Assembly: GCF_000148385.1 (NCBI RefSeq)
Contig: NC_014537.1
Location: 1,020,001 to 1,052,000 of the forward strand
DNA length: 32,000 nt
From: Vulcanisaeta distributa DSM 14429
GTDB taxonomy: Archaea > Thermoproteota > Thermoprotei > Thermoproteales > Thermocladiaceae
Reading direction: 5' to 3'
The position numbers and the translations under genes are program-made. Below the pieces are notes generated by a model that ran no database searches, had not been told where the DNA came from, and was given only the letters and a program-made list of their open reading frames with translations. Shown here piece by piece: positions 14,825 through 24,292 of the stretch; the stretch's first letter is position 1, and each line of letters starts with the position of its first letter.

Positions 14825-15733
14825 ATGTATAGGGGGTTTACGCTACGGTTGGTGACTACGGTGATTGTGGTAATCACCATTATTACATTCTACATAATAT
14901 TACCAAAGACTTATGTCCAAGTCAGCATTGGTAAATTAACACTAAGTGTTCCAATACCCTACGGCATACTGGGGACCACGTTGACGGCCATAGCCATCGC
15001 AGCCGAGCTATTGCCACTATCAATCACTGAGTATAGGTTATGGAGGGTGAATAACGAAATACTCGTGGACATGCCCGCGGTAGTTAGGGTGATAAGGGAT
15101 GGCTTAGGTTCGGGTCAACCCCTCGTTGGTGTTGCGGAGATGCTCACTAGGGTTGGTAAGGGTAGACTTGGCAGGATAATTGCCGAGGCCATTACTAAGG
15201 AGAGCATGGGCATAACGACAATGAAGGAGGGCCTCGCCGAGGTTTCGAGGGAGCTTGGCAACAATTACCTGGCGGTACTCGCGGTGATACTTGATACGGC
15301 GATTAGGTCTGGGGCTCGGCTCCAGGAAACCCTCGACATGGCTTACAAATCCCTCGAGGACATGGTAAGCTACCAACTGGAGAAGGCCAACCAGGTTAAG
15401 CCTTACCTAGCCTTGATATACGTGGTCATGGCAATATACGTAGTACTCGCTGGAATAATTATCTACCTAATGATGCCAAGCATAGGTAAAATAGCGATAT
15501 CAACATCAGCAGGGGCAATCACGGCGCCGACAATATCCGTAATAGACACCCAGCTATTCTCATCAATCATAGTAATGAGCAGTGTAATCCAATCAATAAT
15601 CGCAGGCGTGATAATTGGGAGGATTGTCTATGGCAGGTCAATCGTTGGATTACTACACGCATCCATATTAATAATGGTACTCACACTAATTAATTACGTA
15701 ATGTACTTAACAATGTACTTAGGCGTAATATGA
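14825..15733 (+). CDS. half-size type IV filament platform protein (single T2SSF domain, TadB-like)
   Basis: N-terminal TMs, then a cytoplasmic helical domain (ILVDMPAVVRVIRDGLGSGQPLVGVAEML...NYLAVLAVILDTAIRSGARLQETL), then C-terminal TMs. Confidence 0.65.
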   Translation: MYRGFTLRLVTTVIVVITIITFYIILPKTYVQVSIGKLTLSVPIPYGILGTTLTAIAIAAELLPLSITEYRLWRVNNEILVDMPAVVRVIRDGLGSGQPLVGVAEMLTRVGKGRLGRIIAEAITKESMGITTMKEGLAEVSRELGNNYLAVLAVILDTAIRSGARLQETLDMAYKSLEDMVSYQLEKANQVKPYLALIYVVMAIYVVLAGIIIYLMMPSIGKIAISTSAGAITAPTISVIDTQLFSSIIVMSSVIQSIIAGVIIGRIVYGRSIVGLLHASILIMVLTLINYVMYLTMYLGVI

Positions 15734-15769
15734 AACTTAAGTAAATTCAAATCGTAATTGAAAGAAAGG

Positions 15770-15778
15770 TTTATAAAA
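15770..15778 (+). promoter_or_regulatory. TATA-like box for the pilin gene cluster
   Basis: TTTATAAAA preceded by purine-rich AAAGAAAGG, 24-32 nt upstream of ATG 15802. Confidence 0.5.
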
Positions 15779-15801
15779 GATTGAAAATAAATTAGGAATC
15801 G

Positions 15802-16266
15802 ATGACCAGAAATAGAAACAACAGAAAAAGCCTTGGTATAGAGCCAATCGTTGCAGCCATACTACTGATAGTCATAACCGTGGTAGCCGCAGTACTACTC
15901 TACATGTGGTTCAGCGGATACTTATCCGCAACAACAAGTAAGGTTAGCTCAATGGCAACGCCAGAGCAGTTCCAAGTAGTCGCGGCAAGCCTATCAGTAA
16001 GTAAGGGATTGACCGCCTACGTACAGAACACGGGCTCAGTGACAGTAACCATAACGGGCGTCTACCTACTAAACGCAACGAATGGAAACCTAATATGCCA
16101 AGTACCAATAACGGCAACCTCAATAACGCCAGGCTCAACGGTAGCAATCACAAATAGCACAAGCTTTGCATCATCATGCGGCGTAACACCAGGCACATCG
16201 TATGAGCTGCTATTCGTGACCTCAAGCGGCACCAAGTACGCAACGTCTGTTGTGGCATCATCGTAA
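15802..16266 (+). CDS. archaeal type IV pilin-like protein (class III signal peptide, DUF361-like N-terminus)
   Basis: MTRNRNNRKSLG|IEPIVAAILLIVITVVAAVLLY matches the archaeal pilin/flagellin N-terminal pattern (basic region, Gly at -1, about 20 hydrophobic residues). The body is Thr/Ser-rich. Confidence 0.75.
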   Translation: MTRNRNNRKSLGIEPIVAAILLIVITVVAAVLLYMWFSGYLSATTSKVSSMATPEQFQVVAASLSVSKGLTAYVQNTGSVTVTITGVYLLNATNGNLICQVPITATSITPGSTVAITNSTSFASSCGVTPGTSYELLFVTSSGTKYATSVVASS

Positions 16267-16321
16267 ATAATAAAATACATAAGTCATGTTAAGTCAAAAT
16301 CACGCCGCAGGTGATTTTCCC

Positions 16322-16771
16322 ATGATTTCCATTGGCATTAGTGAGGTTGTGGGTGCGACAATACTGCTCGTCATAGCCGTGGCCCTTAGCTTGTTAATCT
16401 TCGGATACTTCTACGGGTACTTAGAGTCGCTTGGTTACTCACTCGCTAATGCACTGTCGGGTTCTTGCGAGTTCTCGATAATGAGCACGGCATTTAACAC
16501 CACGGGCTCCTCAATAACATCAATAAGCATAGCCCTGTACAACTACGGTAATAAGCCGTGCGATATATCCGGCGTATATGTGCTTAATGAATCAACAGTG
16601 TACCAGATAGCCGTGGCAAATAACTGCATAACGAACCCGCTGGCTAGGTTGGGCCCTGGTCAGGTGCTTATGCTCAATTACTCAAACTTAAATATCCCAT
16701 ATAACACAAATTACTTAGTTAAGGTGGTTTCCTGTGATGGGTTCACGGCCGAGGAGGGGCTTGGACAGTAG
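16322..16771 (+). CDS. archaeal type IV pilin-like protein
   Basis: MISIG|ISEVVGATILLVIAVALSLLIF. The start is set at ATG 16322 because AGGTGAT SD lies 8 nt upstream; the maximal ORF begins at 16286. Confidence 0.6.
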   Translation: MISIGISEVVGATILLVIAVALSLLIFGYFYGYLESLGYSLANALSGSCEFSIMSTAFNTTGSSITSISIALYNYGNKPCDISGVYVLNESTVYQIAVANNCITNPLARLGPGQVLMLNYSNLNIPYNTNYLVKVVSCDGFTAEEGLGQ

Positions 16772-18134
16772 GGGATTGGGGGAGCTTTACATAATGGCTA
16801 TAATAATCATGATAGTCATTGTATCGCTCGCTGTAATCTACTCCGTACTCAACGGCTTCAGTAAGTACGTGGCTGAGGAGAAACAATCACTGCAATCCAT
16901 TAGAGGTACAGAGGTGAGCGTTTCATTAAGTGGGTTTAATACTGTGGGTAGTAATTACGTAATTACCATGAAGTTAAGCAATGCCATGCCCCTTAGTAAT
17001 GCTGAAGCCATATGCAGGTATAGCGTGGGTAATGCGCAGTATATGCAGTATTGTAGCTACGTAATTAATGGCGATGTGGTATACGTAACGGTACCAGGCA
17101 CGTTAGTGAATAAGGGGGTGGGTAACCTGGTGGTACTGGTACCAACAGCATCCGGCTTAACGCCAGGCATAAGCCTCTATCGAGGGCCAATAGAGGTTAG
17201 TGTAATAGCACCGCCCGTTGTTTACCAGGGATCAGCGAGCACTGTGGACATCACCGTTCTGCTGATTAATAATTCCACCGGTTGGGTTAATGCCACGGTA
17301 ATAGCCAACGTGAATGGAAATACCATAGCTAATAGTACAATAATGCCACCAAGCGGTGCAGCGGCGACATCAATACCGGTTGGCATAACGAGCGCCGGAA
17401 CCACATCAATACCAATAACGGTGCTTATTAATAATTACACAGAGACCGTACCCGCAGTACAATTAATTGTGCAGCAATCACCAACATCCACAACCACATC
17501 ATCATTACCAGCCACATGCCAAAGCATGGCATTTGGGTACATAGGGAACGCAACAACAAATGGACTACAGAGCTATGTCTACCCTGGAGTTGGTCCAGGG
17601 CTTAGTTACGGCGATGAAGCACTACAAAACAGCGTAATAGATGGCTTCCCCAACCCAATATACACTTACGCCATAGAGACAGGCCCACCACCGCCAAGTG
17701 GGTACACAATCATGTACTATTACAACGTATTTCCCCTAAGCATTAAGGTTGGTAATTACCCAAACGTAACTGCCTACGTATATCCCGTGGACTTCACAAC
17801 GGACGCCATACCCTTCTTCTTCATAGTGACGAATAATCACTACGCAATAGTTATCTATTGGCAGGTGGGCACATCGAGCCCGAGCTCCTTGGCAATAAGT
17901 AATATAGATGCTGGGATAGGGAGCTTAACGGTACCAAACGGCGGCAATATAAAGAAGTTCTTCAATGTAAATGGAGGTACAATACCCATTAACGCCTGGA
18001 CCGGCTATACACTCGATGTAACCAACTACGTTGGTAGTAATGTGGATTACCAATACGTGGGCTTCGGAATATACTTACCAAACACGTCCCAGTCCCAGGG
18101 GCAGTCATACTGGGACTACATATGCATTGGTTAG
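16734..18134 (+). CDS. large pilin-like protein with extra C-terminal domain (candidate minor pilin/adhesin)
   Basis: RGLG|ELYIMAIIIMIVIVSLAVIY class-III-like N-terminus, with AAGGTGG SD upstream. The linker SPTSTTTSS (17478-17504) separates two domains, each holding one Cys pair. It overlaps the previous gene by 38 nt. Confidence 0.6.
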   Translation: MMGSRPRRGLDSRGLGELYIMAIIIMIVIVSLAVIYSVLNGFSKYVAEEKQSLQSIRGTEVSVSLSGFNTVGSNYVITMKLSNAMPLSNAEAICRYSVGNAQYMQYCSYVINGDVVYVTVPGTLVNKGVGNLVVLVPTASGLTPGISLYRGPIEVSVIAPPVVYQGSASTVDITVLLINNSTGWVNATVIANVNGNTIANSTIMPPSGAAATSIPVGITSAGTTSIPITVLINNYTETVPAVQLIVQQSPTSTTTSSLPATCQSMAFGYIGNATTNGLQSYVYPGVGPGLSYGDEALQNSVIDGFPNPIYTYAIETGPPPPSGYTIMYYYNVFPLSIKVGNYPNVTAYVYPVDFTTDAIPFFFIVTNNHYAIVIYWQVGTSSPSSLAISNIDAGIGSLTVPNGGNIKKFFNVNGGTIPINAWTGYTLDVTNYVGSNVDYQYVGFGIYLPNTSQSQGQSYWDYICIG

Positions 18135-18211
18135 GAAATGGGGAACTCAATACCTATTGTTTCTCAATAATACCTATGTTAAATATGGCATTGAAGGGGT
18201 TGAGCTCAGAA

Positions 18212-18244
18212 TTTTTATTAATGATCATATTTTTTAATAATTTT
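18212..18244 (+). terminator. oligo-T tracts downstream of the pilin cluster
   Basis: T5 (18212-18216), T6 (18230-18235) and T4 (18241-18244) follow the stop at 18134. Archaeal termination commonly uses oligo-T. Confidence 0.35.
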
Positions 18245-18285
18245 GTGCTAGGGTTTAAATACCCTTGTTTCAATTGCTCCTTGTA

Positions 18286-18909
18286 ATGACTTGGTTGTTG
18301 TTTAGGGTTGTTAGGGATAGGCCTGGTATTATTAATGAGTTGTCATCTGTGATGCTCAATTATGGGATTAACATCAGGAATATCATTGGTAACTCCAGGG
18401 CTTTAATGATTGACGTTGAGGATAACGTGAGCTCCCTATTAACCGGCATGGACTCCATTAGAGATATTGAGTTCGTGAATGCAATAAGCGGGCCAATTAT
18501 ACCGCTGTCCTTCTCTCAAAGACACTTCATGACTGCCATTAAGACGGTCCTAGCGCAAATGGGCACTGAGTATGTGGGTAGGCTCCTCTACAGGATTGGT
18601 TATGAGTACGCGAGGGCGGTGGCCACGGAGATGTCGATGGGTGATCCCGTGAGTACTATAAGCACGTACCTATACACGGCCACAGCTTATAACAGGCTCG
18701 CCTTCAAGGGCCTCGTGATTAGGAATAACGAGGTTAGGGTCGAGTTTGAGGAGCCATTCGACGAGGAACTAGACACAGCACTAACGCAGGGCTACATACA
18801 CGGATTAATAAACACGGCACTATCGAGGCTACATTACATTAATATTGAGAAGATCAATAATATATATAGGGCCGTGGCAAGATATATTGAGAGCATAGAG
18901 CCCATATAA
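18286..18909 (+). CDS. ACT-like plus V4R-like small-molecule-binding protein (tentative)
   Basis: The N-terminal LLFRVVRDRPGIINELSSVMLNYGINIRNI is ACT-like. The C-terminal half (LYRIGYEYARAVA...VRVEFEEPF...GYIHGLINTAL) resembles V4R domains. TATA-like GGTTTAAATAC lies 24-34 nt upstream of ATG 18286; the maximal ORF starts at TTG 18265. Confidence 0.4.
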   Translation: MTWLLFRVVRDRPGIINELSSVMLNYGINIRNIIGNSRALMIDVEDNVSSLLTGMDSIRDIEFVNAISGPIIPLSFSQRHFMTAIKTVLAQMGTEYVGRLLYRIGYEYARAVATEMSMGDPVSTISTYLYTATAYNRLAFKGLVIRNNEVRVEFEEPFDEELDTALTQGYIHGLINTALSRLHYINIEKINNIYRAVARYIESIEPI

Positions 18910-19110
18910 TCAACATCCACGGCGCACCCATCGCCTAGCTTACATACATAATTTATGTAGTTACTTCGATAACCACCTTAGATACATGTTCTAATGACCC
19001 TGTCACGGATTATTAAGTAATAATATTTGCCTATTAGGAATAGATCTTTTATTAATTACCCGCTATTTAGGGTAAATATAGATAAAGTTTAAAAGATAAG
19101 ACGTGAATTA

Positions 19111-20457
19111 ATGACCATGATGTACTACAGAATCTATAGGGCTCTTCCCGCGTTATTAATACTGGCAATAATGATAATAATCGCTCAAGCCCACGGCGCC
19201 CATGCAGTACAGTCGATTTACACGCTTCAATCCTTCACGCTAGCCCCCTACGAATGCAATTCCATGCCTCTTAACTGCACCACAGACCTTAGGATAATCC
19301 TAATACCATACTACGCAAATCCATTCAATGCATCCTTGGCCGGCATGCCAAGCCTGAGTAGTTTACCCATTAATTACCCAAGTCAGGGGACTCAGTGGAC
19401 GTTGATTTGGCTCCCATACCCAGCCAGGGCCGGTAATGGTAGTAGGACGTACATACTCGTGAGTAGGGGTACGGAGGACAAACTACTGATATTCCTGGAA
19501 CCCGGTGGTGCATGCACAGACTACTACACCTGTTGGTACCCAGTGCCTGGCGTCAGTACCGTATTGACCATGAACGCTACATACCCAAACATCTGGATCG
19601 ACCTATTCGCGTACACGGGAATTCTCAATAGAAGCAACCCATTAAATCCCTTCAGGAACTGGACGTACGTATTCATACCATACGATACAGGTGATGTATT
19701 CTCTGGGGATAGGGTCATGGAGTACTGCGGGATTGGCATTAACGGCATGATGGACTGCGTGACGACATATCACGTTGGTTTTGTCGATGCGATAATGGCA
19801 ATGAGGTGGGCAGCAGCCCAGGGACCCTGGAAGCAGGTGGTCCTCGCTGGATCAAGCGCCGGTGGCGTGGGTACGATATTACTATCATACTACGCAGTAC
19901 AGATATTTAATGATTCGCACCTAATTGTAATTGACGACTCAGGGCCTGGTCTCACGTCAACCGTCAATCCACACTTCACCTTTGAAACCACGGAACAGAG
20001 TTGGGGCTATCTTGAATTAATGACTCCGGAGGCACGTGAGATTGTTGAGGAGACAGGCGAGCCGCTGCTCGGCCTTGAGTATGAATTCCAAACAATTGGC
20101 AAGAACGTCACATTTGCGCTTTATGAGATGCAGGAGGACCTTGTCATGGGCACGTTATTCCTAGGTTACACACCCAGTGAGTATCAACAGGTCCTACTTT
20201 ACTACACTGGGAAGCTTAGGCAGTTTGCACCAAACAACTTCTTTAGGTACCTACCCATTGGCTACGCGCACATGATCCTGGTATACCCAGTCCTACTTCC
20301 ACCCAATGCCTTCTACACCTTCAGTATCTGTGGATTGCCTGTATATGAGTGGGTAGATTTATTACTCGAGGGTAAGCCGATCGACATAGTCCAGGTAACG
20401 CCATACACCTGTGTCATTAACTCCACGCAGATAGTGAGCAACATATCGCTTGGGTAG
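19111..20457 (+). CDS. secreted alpha/beta-hydrolase of the pectin acetylesterase / Notum family
   Basis: Signal peptide ALPALLILAIMIIIAQAHGAHA. Ordered motifs EPGGACTDYYTCW (cf. GGGWC), LAGSSAGGVG (nucleophile elbow as in Notum/PAE) and VIDDSGPG (cf. DAGFF). About ten N-x-S/T sequons. Confidence 0.6.
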   Translation: MTMMYYRIYRALPALLILAIMIIIAQAHGAHAVQSIYTLQSFTLAPYECNSMPLNCTTDLRIILIPYYANPFNASLAGMPSLSSLPINYPSQGTQWTLIWLPYPARAGNGSRTYILVSRGTEDKLLIFLEPGGACTDYYTCWYPVPGVSTVLTMNATYPNIWIDLFAYTGILNRSNPLNPFRNWTYVFIPYDTGDVFSGDRVMEYCGIGINGMMDCVTTYHVGFVDAIMAMRWAAAQGPWKQVVLAGSSAGGVGTILLSYYAVQIFNDSHLIVIDDSGPGLTSTVNPHFTFETTEQSWGYLELMTPEAREIVEETGEPLLGLEYEFQTIGKNVTFALYEMQEDLVMGTLFLGYTPSEYQQVLLYYTGKLRQFAPNNFFRYLPIGYAHMILVYPVLLPPNAFYTFSICGLPVYEWVDLLLEGKPIDIVQVTPYTCVINSTQIVSNISLG

Positions 20458-20640
20458 AGCGTAATAAGTCAGTTGTTTCACGTTTAAAATTGGGCATTGC
20501 ATGTTTTAATAATATCCTTTTAATGAGGAATATTGAGGTTGGTGTTGTTTCATTACTAGTTCCCCTGAGACGATAAGTACCCGCAGTGTGGTGAGAATAC
20601 ACCACAAAGCTTAAAATACTCCAAGGGCATAATAGACGAC

Positions 20641-21225
20641 GTGGTCATAAAGATTAAGCCACCGAAGGGGACCCTTGCCGAAGACATTATTTACCACGCG
20701 AAGGCACTAATCACGGGCTTTAAGGAGGCTGTGGAACCGAATAGGCTCACGATACAATACCCACGCGAGGTCAGGTGGATCCCTGAGAGGTTTAGGGGTT
20801 GGATAATGCTGGACATTAAGAAGTGTATAAGCTGCTTCCAGTGTGCCTGGGCTTGCCCCGTGAATGCGATTCAGATGTATAGGGCTCCTAATGGTAAGTT
20901 TTACCCAGGTATTAGGTACACGGAATGCATTCTGTGTCACTTTTGCGTTGATGCATGCCCAGTGGGTGCTTTAATTCCCACGCCCATTCATGATATTGCC
21001 TATGTTGATTTTGACGAGGTTAAGTTTAAGCCTGAGGACATGTCCAGGCCTCCTGAGTATGTCTTTGATGAGTCCGAGAGGGTTATTAAGTATGAGATTA
21101 AGGATGGTAGGTTGTTGAAGATTGCCCTGCCTAAGGATGAGATTAAGAAGAGGATTGAGGAGCTTGATAAGGTCATTGAGCAGTCCGGAGGCGCCCCTGC
21201 GGCAGCTGAATCTTCATCGGCATAG
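20641..21225 (+). CDS. NuoI-like 2x[4Fe-4S] ferredoxin-domain protein
   Basis: TIQYPREVRWIPERFRG, then CISCFQCAWACP and CILCHFCVDACP cluster motifs. GTG start, with TATA-like CTTAAAATAC 22-32 nt upstream. It has a charged C-terminal extension. Confidence 0.65.
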   Translation: MVIKIKPPKGTLAEDIIYHAKALITGFKEAVEPNRLTIQYPREVRWIPERFRGWIMLDIKKCISCFQCAWACPVNAIQMYRAPNGKFYPGIRYTECILCHFCVDACPVGALIPTPIHDIAYVDFDEVKFKPEDMSRPPEYVFDESERVIKYEIKDGRLLKIALPKDEIKKRIEELDKVIEQSGGAPAAAESSSA

Positions 21226-21287
21226 TCCATGCCTTCCTAATTAGTCTTGGAGTACTAGTTTAATACTAGGTTCTTTCCTTAATATTG

Positions 21288-21887
21288 ATGAGTATTAAGG
21301 TTAGGGTTGGTATTAAGGTTCCCAAGTTCCCCAGCGTTATTAGTGGCGGTATCCGCATACTCAGTGAGTATAACTTTGACTTTGGCGTTCAGCTTGATAG
21401 GGCTAAGCTCCTTAAGCTCATTGCCTTTGGCGTGGTTAGCCCCACGGAACTTATTAGGAGGTTGAACATGCCCAAGGCCAAGGTCTTCAGATACTTAAAT
21501 GCCCTCATTAAGCATGGTTGGTTGGTTAGGAAGGATGGTGGTTATTACCTAGCCGCCACCATATTCCTAGTCTACAGGGTTAGGGAATTTGGAGACTACG
21601 CGGTCCTCGAGGTTCTCAATGATAAGGGTGCGATTGTTGACCAAAAGGCCGGTCTCGTGATTATTAATGGTAAGGAATCACCAAGGGCCTGCCCAAGATG
21701 TCCACTACTTCAGGAGTGTACAAACAATATTAGGAGCATTAGTAAGTCGCTGGGTATCACGATAAAGTCCGTGACACCCGCGGATGCATATCTTGAGTTG
21801 ATTAGTACGATAATTAATGAGGGCCTCGTTAAGATACTCCTTAATGACTATATTGATCTTCACGTTAATAATAGTGGATCAATATAA
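21288..21887 (+). CDS. winged-helix transcription regulator (unknown subfamily)
   Basis: LLKLIAFGVVSPTELIRRLNMPKAKVFRYLNALIKHGWLVRKDGGYYL is a wHTH. The TATA region is flanked by TACTAG-TTTAA-TACTAG (21253-21269). Confidence 0.55.
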   Translation: MSIKVRVGIKVPKFPSVISGGIRILSEYNFDFGVQLDRAKLLKLIAFGVVSPTELIRRLNMPKAKVFRYLNALIKHGWLVRKDGGYYLAATIFLVYRVREFGDYAVLEVLNDKGAIVDQKAGLVIINGKESPRACPRCPLLQECTNNIRSISKSLGITIKSVTPADAYLELISTIINEGLVKILLNDYIDLHVNNSGSI

Positions 21888-21924
21888 ATCTACTAAATTT
21901 TAATTACATATTAATGACCTATGT

Positions 21925-22812
21925 TTAACGTATGTATTGCTTGATTAGCTTAACGACCTCGGTAGGTGTCTTGGCAACTGGTACGTTGACCTCCTGGAAT
22001 GCCTTAACCTTGCTTTCGTAGGAGCCCATGCCCATACTGACGATAGCCCCCGCATGCCCCATCCTCTTGCCGGGTGGTGCCGTTCTGCCCGATATGTAGG
22101 CTACCACGGGCTTCGTAACCTTCCCAGACCCTATGTACTGGGCGAGTCTCTCCTCCATTGTGCCGCCTATCTCGCCAATAACTACTATGTACTTCGTCTC
22201 CGGGTCCTCCTCGAACATCTTCACTACCTCGAGCATGTCAGTACCAATTATTGGGTCTCCGCCAATGCCGACGACTGTTGATTGCCCAATCCCAGCCTGG
22301 GTTAGGTGGTATGATATTTCATAAGTCAGTGTTCCACTCCTAGACACGATACCAACAGGGCCCGACTTCGTGTAAATATGGTTAGGCAGTATCCCGACCT
22401 TAGACCTTAGTGGGCTTACGACTCCTGGGCAGTTGGGTCCTATTATCGTGACTCCCTTCCTCTTTGCGTAATTCACGAACCTTAATGCATCATGTATTGG
22501 TATGTGCTCCGTAATTATCACAATCAACTTAATACCAGCGTCAATGGCTTCATAGACTGAGTCAGCGGCGAATTGGGCTGGTACGAAGATTATTGATGTA
22601 TTTATGTCAGGGAACTTCCTTAACGCCTCCTCCACAGTGTCAAAAACAGGTACGCCGTGGACCGTCTGTCCACCCTTACCTGGCGTGACACCAGCCACAA
22701 CCTTAGTGCCGTACTGAAGCATGTACTGTGTGTGTCTTGATCCTTCCCTACCCGTTATTCCCTGGACCAGGACCTTCGTATTCTCATTAACGAGTATGGC
22801 CATGCCCATCAC
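21925..22812 (-). CDS. sucD: succinyl-CoA synthetase alpha subunit
   Basis: [35 protein letters not shown] and the phosphohistidine loop MGHAGAIV. Its start overlaps the sucC stop. Confidence 0.9.
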   Translation of the reverse strand: MMGMAILVNENTKVLVQGITGREGSRHTQYMLQYGTKVVAGVTPGKGGQTVHGVPVFDTVEEALRKFPDINTSIIFVPAQFAADSVYEAIDAGIKLIVIITEHIPIHDALRFVNYAKRKGVTIIGPNCPGVVSPLRSKVGILPNHIYTKSGPVGIVSRSGTLTYEISYHLTQAGIGQSTVVGIGGDPIIGTDMLEVVKMFEEDPETKYIVVIGEIGGTMEERLAQYIGSGKVTKPVVAYISGRTAPPGKRMGHAGAIVSMGMGSYESKVKAFQEVNVPVAKTPTEVVKLIKQYIR

Positions 22813-23933
22813 CTCGCAATTGCCTTTGACAAAGCTCCCATTGCCTCCTCAGCAGTTTCATAGGTTTTAAGCCCTATCTCAGCCAGTATTCTCCTACCCT
22901 CCTCCTCGTTAGTACCCTTCAACCTAATGAAGATTGGCTTGTTGGTCTTAACCTCATTCAACGCCTCAACAACGCCCTTGGCAACCTCGTCACACCTCGT
23001 TATACCGCCAAATATGTTTATCAAAACAGCCTTTATCCTGTCGTCTGTTAACAGCATTTTCAATCCCTCCCTCACAGCATCCTTACTAGCTCCACCACCA
23101 ACGTCAAGGAAGTCGGCAGGTTCATGACCGAACTCCTTAACCAAGTCCATGGTTGCCATTGTTAAGCCAGCGCCGTTGGCCATGATCCCCACGTAGCCCG
23201 TCAACTCCACGTAATGTAGCCCGTACTTCCTAGCCTCAAGCTCCTCGGTCGTGTAATCACTATCCTCAATACTAATGTCTGGGTGCCTATAAAGTGAGTT
23301 ATCATCAATCATGACCTTAACGTCCAGAGCCACCAACTGCCCATCAGTTGTTAGTGCAAGTGGATTTATTTCCACAAGCTCGGCATCATACTCAGTAAAT
23401 ACCCTGTACATGGCCTTAGCCACGGTTACGAAGTCCTGGGCTGCAGAACCCTCCAAACCAAGCTTCTGAGCAACTCCCCTAATCATGTAGTCCCTAAGTC
23501 CCTCATAATCATCTATGTAAAGCCTAATTATCTTCTCAGGGCTTCTCCTGGCCACCTCCTCAATGTCGATACCGCCCTCCGTGGATGCAAGCATTAGGTA
23601 GCCCCTGTTCTCCCTGTCCAGGGTTATGGATATGTAAAGCTCCTTAGCCACATTAACGCCCTCCTCAAATAGCACCTTCCTAATTGGGTAATCCTGAATC
23701 ACCTTACCCAGGTAATCCCTCGCGGCGTTCTCAGCATCCTTAATGGTGTTAACCCTCCTGACGAGCCCCATCTTAGCCCTGCCTGCGAAGGGTACCTGGG
23801 CCTTGGCGAACAGCGGGAATTTGAGTGTGTTGAGTATGTCTATGTCATTAAGGCTCTTGACTATGGCGCCCCTGGGTATCTTAACGCCATACTTATTCAG
23901 CAACTCCTTACCCTTATACTCGAGGAGCCTCAC
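22809..23933 (-). CDS. sucC: succinyl-CoA synthetase beta subunit
   Basis: The ATP-grasp N-terminus [18 protein letters not shown] and C-terminal [15 protein letters not shown] are typical of SucC. GTG start. Confidence 0.9.
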   Translation of the reverse strand: MRLLEYKGKELLNKYGVKIPRGAIVKSLNDIDILNTLKFPLFAKAQVPFAGRAKMGLVRRVNTIKDAENAARDYLGKVIQDYPIRKVLFEEGVNVAKELYISITLDRENRGYLMLASTEGGIDIEEVARRSPEKIIRLYIDDYEGLRDYMIRGVAQKLGLEGSAAQDFVTVAKAMYRVFTEYDAELVEINPLALTTDGQLVALDVKVMIDDNSLYRHPDISIEDSDYTTEELEARKYGLHYVELTGYVGIMANGAGLTMATMDLVKEFGHEPADFLDVGGGASKDAVREGLKMLLTDDRIKAVLINIFGGITRCDEVAKGVVEALNEVKTNKPIFIRLKGTNEEEGRRILAEIGLKTYETAEEAMGALSKAIAR

Positions 23934-23994
23934 GTTAAACTATGCAAAATAGCCTTAATTTAAGCATTTACATTATTTATAAAGTAATCAGTAA

Positions 23995-24231
23995 TCAAGA
24001 CCCCTTAATTAACTTCATGAACTTCATGAATGCTTCATCAACTTCATCCTTCTTCGGTACGGCAATTACTATAGAAATGCCAGGCATCGAGAAGGCGGCG
24101 CTTCTTGCCTTACTCAAATCTGTGAATTCCATGATGTCCTTATCATGAATTACGAATATCTTACCGCCAAATTTATCGGGATCCATATACCTAATGACGT
24201 ACTCCTTAACCCTATCCTCAAGTCTATCCAT
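23995..24231 (-). CDS. small hypothetical protein
   Basis: The start is moved to the internal ATG (MDRLEDRVKEYV...) so that it no longer overlaps the divergent gene. A shared AT-rich box (24256-24270) lies 25-39 nt upstream. Confidence 0.4.
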   Translation of the reverse strand: MDRLEDRVKEYVIRYMDPDKFGGKIFVIHDKDIMEFTDLSKARSAAFSMPGISIVIAVPKKDEVDEAFMKFMKLIKGS

Positions 24232-24292
24232 GGCTATGCACTGGTCATCACATAACTTAATTTTTATTTTACTCCAGGATGATACTGACTTA

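Noticed and set aside
18945-18959. Palindrome TACATAA-T-TTATGTA, 36 nt after the ACT-V4R stop, as a terminator hairpin
   Set aside because: The 7-bp stem is almost all A/T with a 1-nt loop, so it would be unstable at high temperature. Archaeal termination does not require hairpins. Such palindromes are expected by chance in AT-rich spacers.
20523-20600. Possible C/D box sRNA in the 183-nt gap upstream of the NuoI-like gene (AUGAGGA as a C box, CUGA at 20565-20568, GGUGAGA as a C' box)
   Set aside because: The C-like box has a mismatch. The distance to the first CUGA is about 35 nt instead of about 12. No terminal D box follows the C'-like element.
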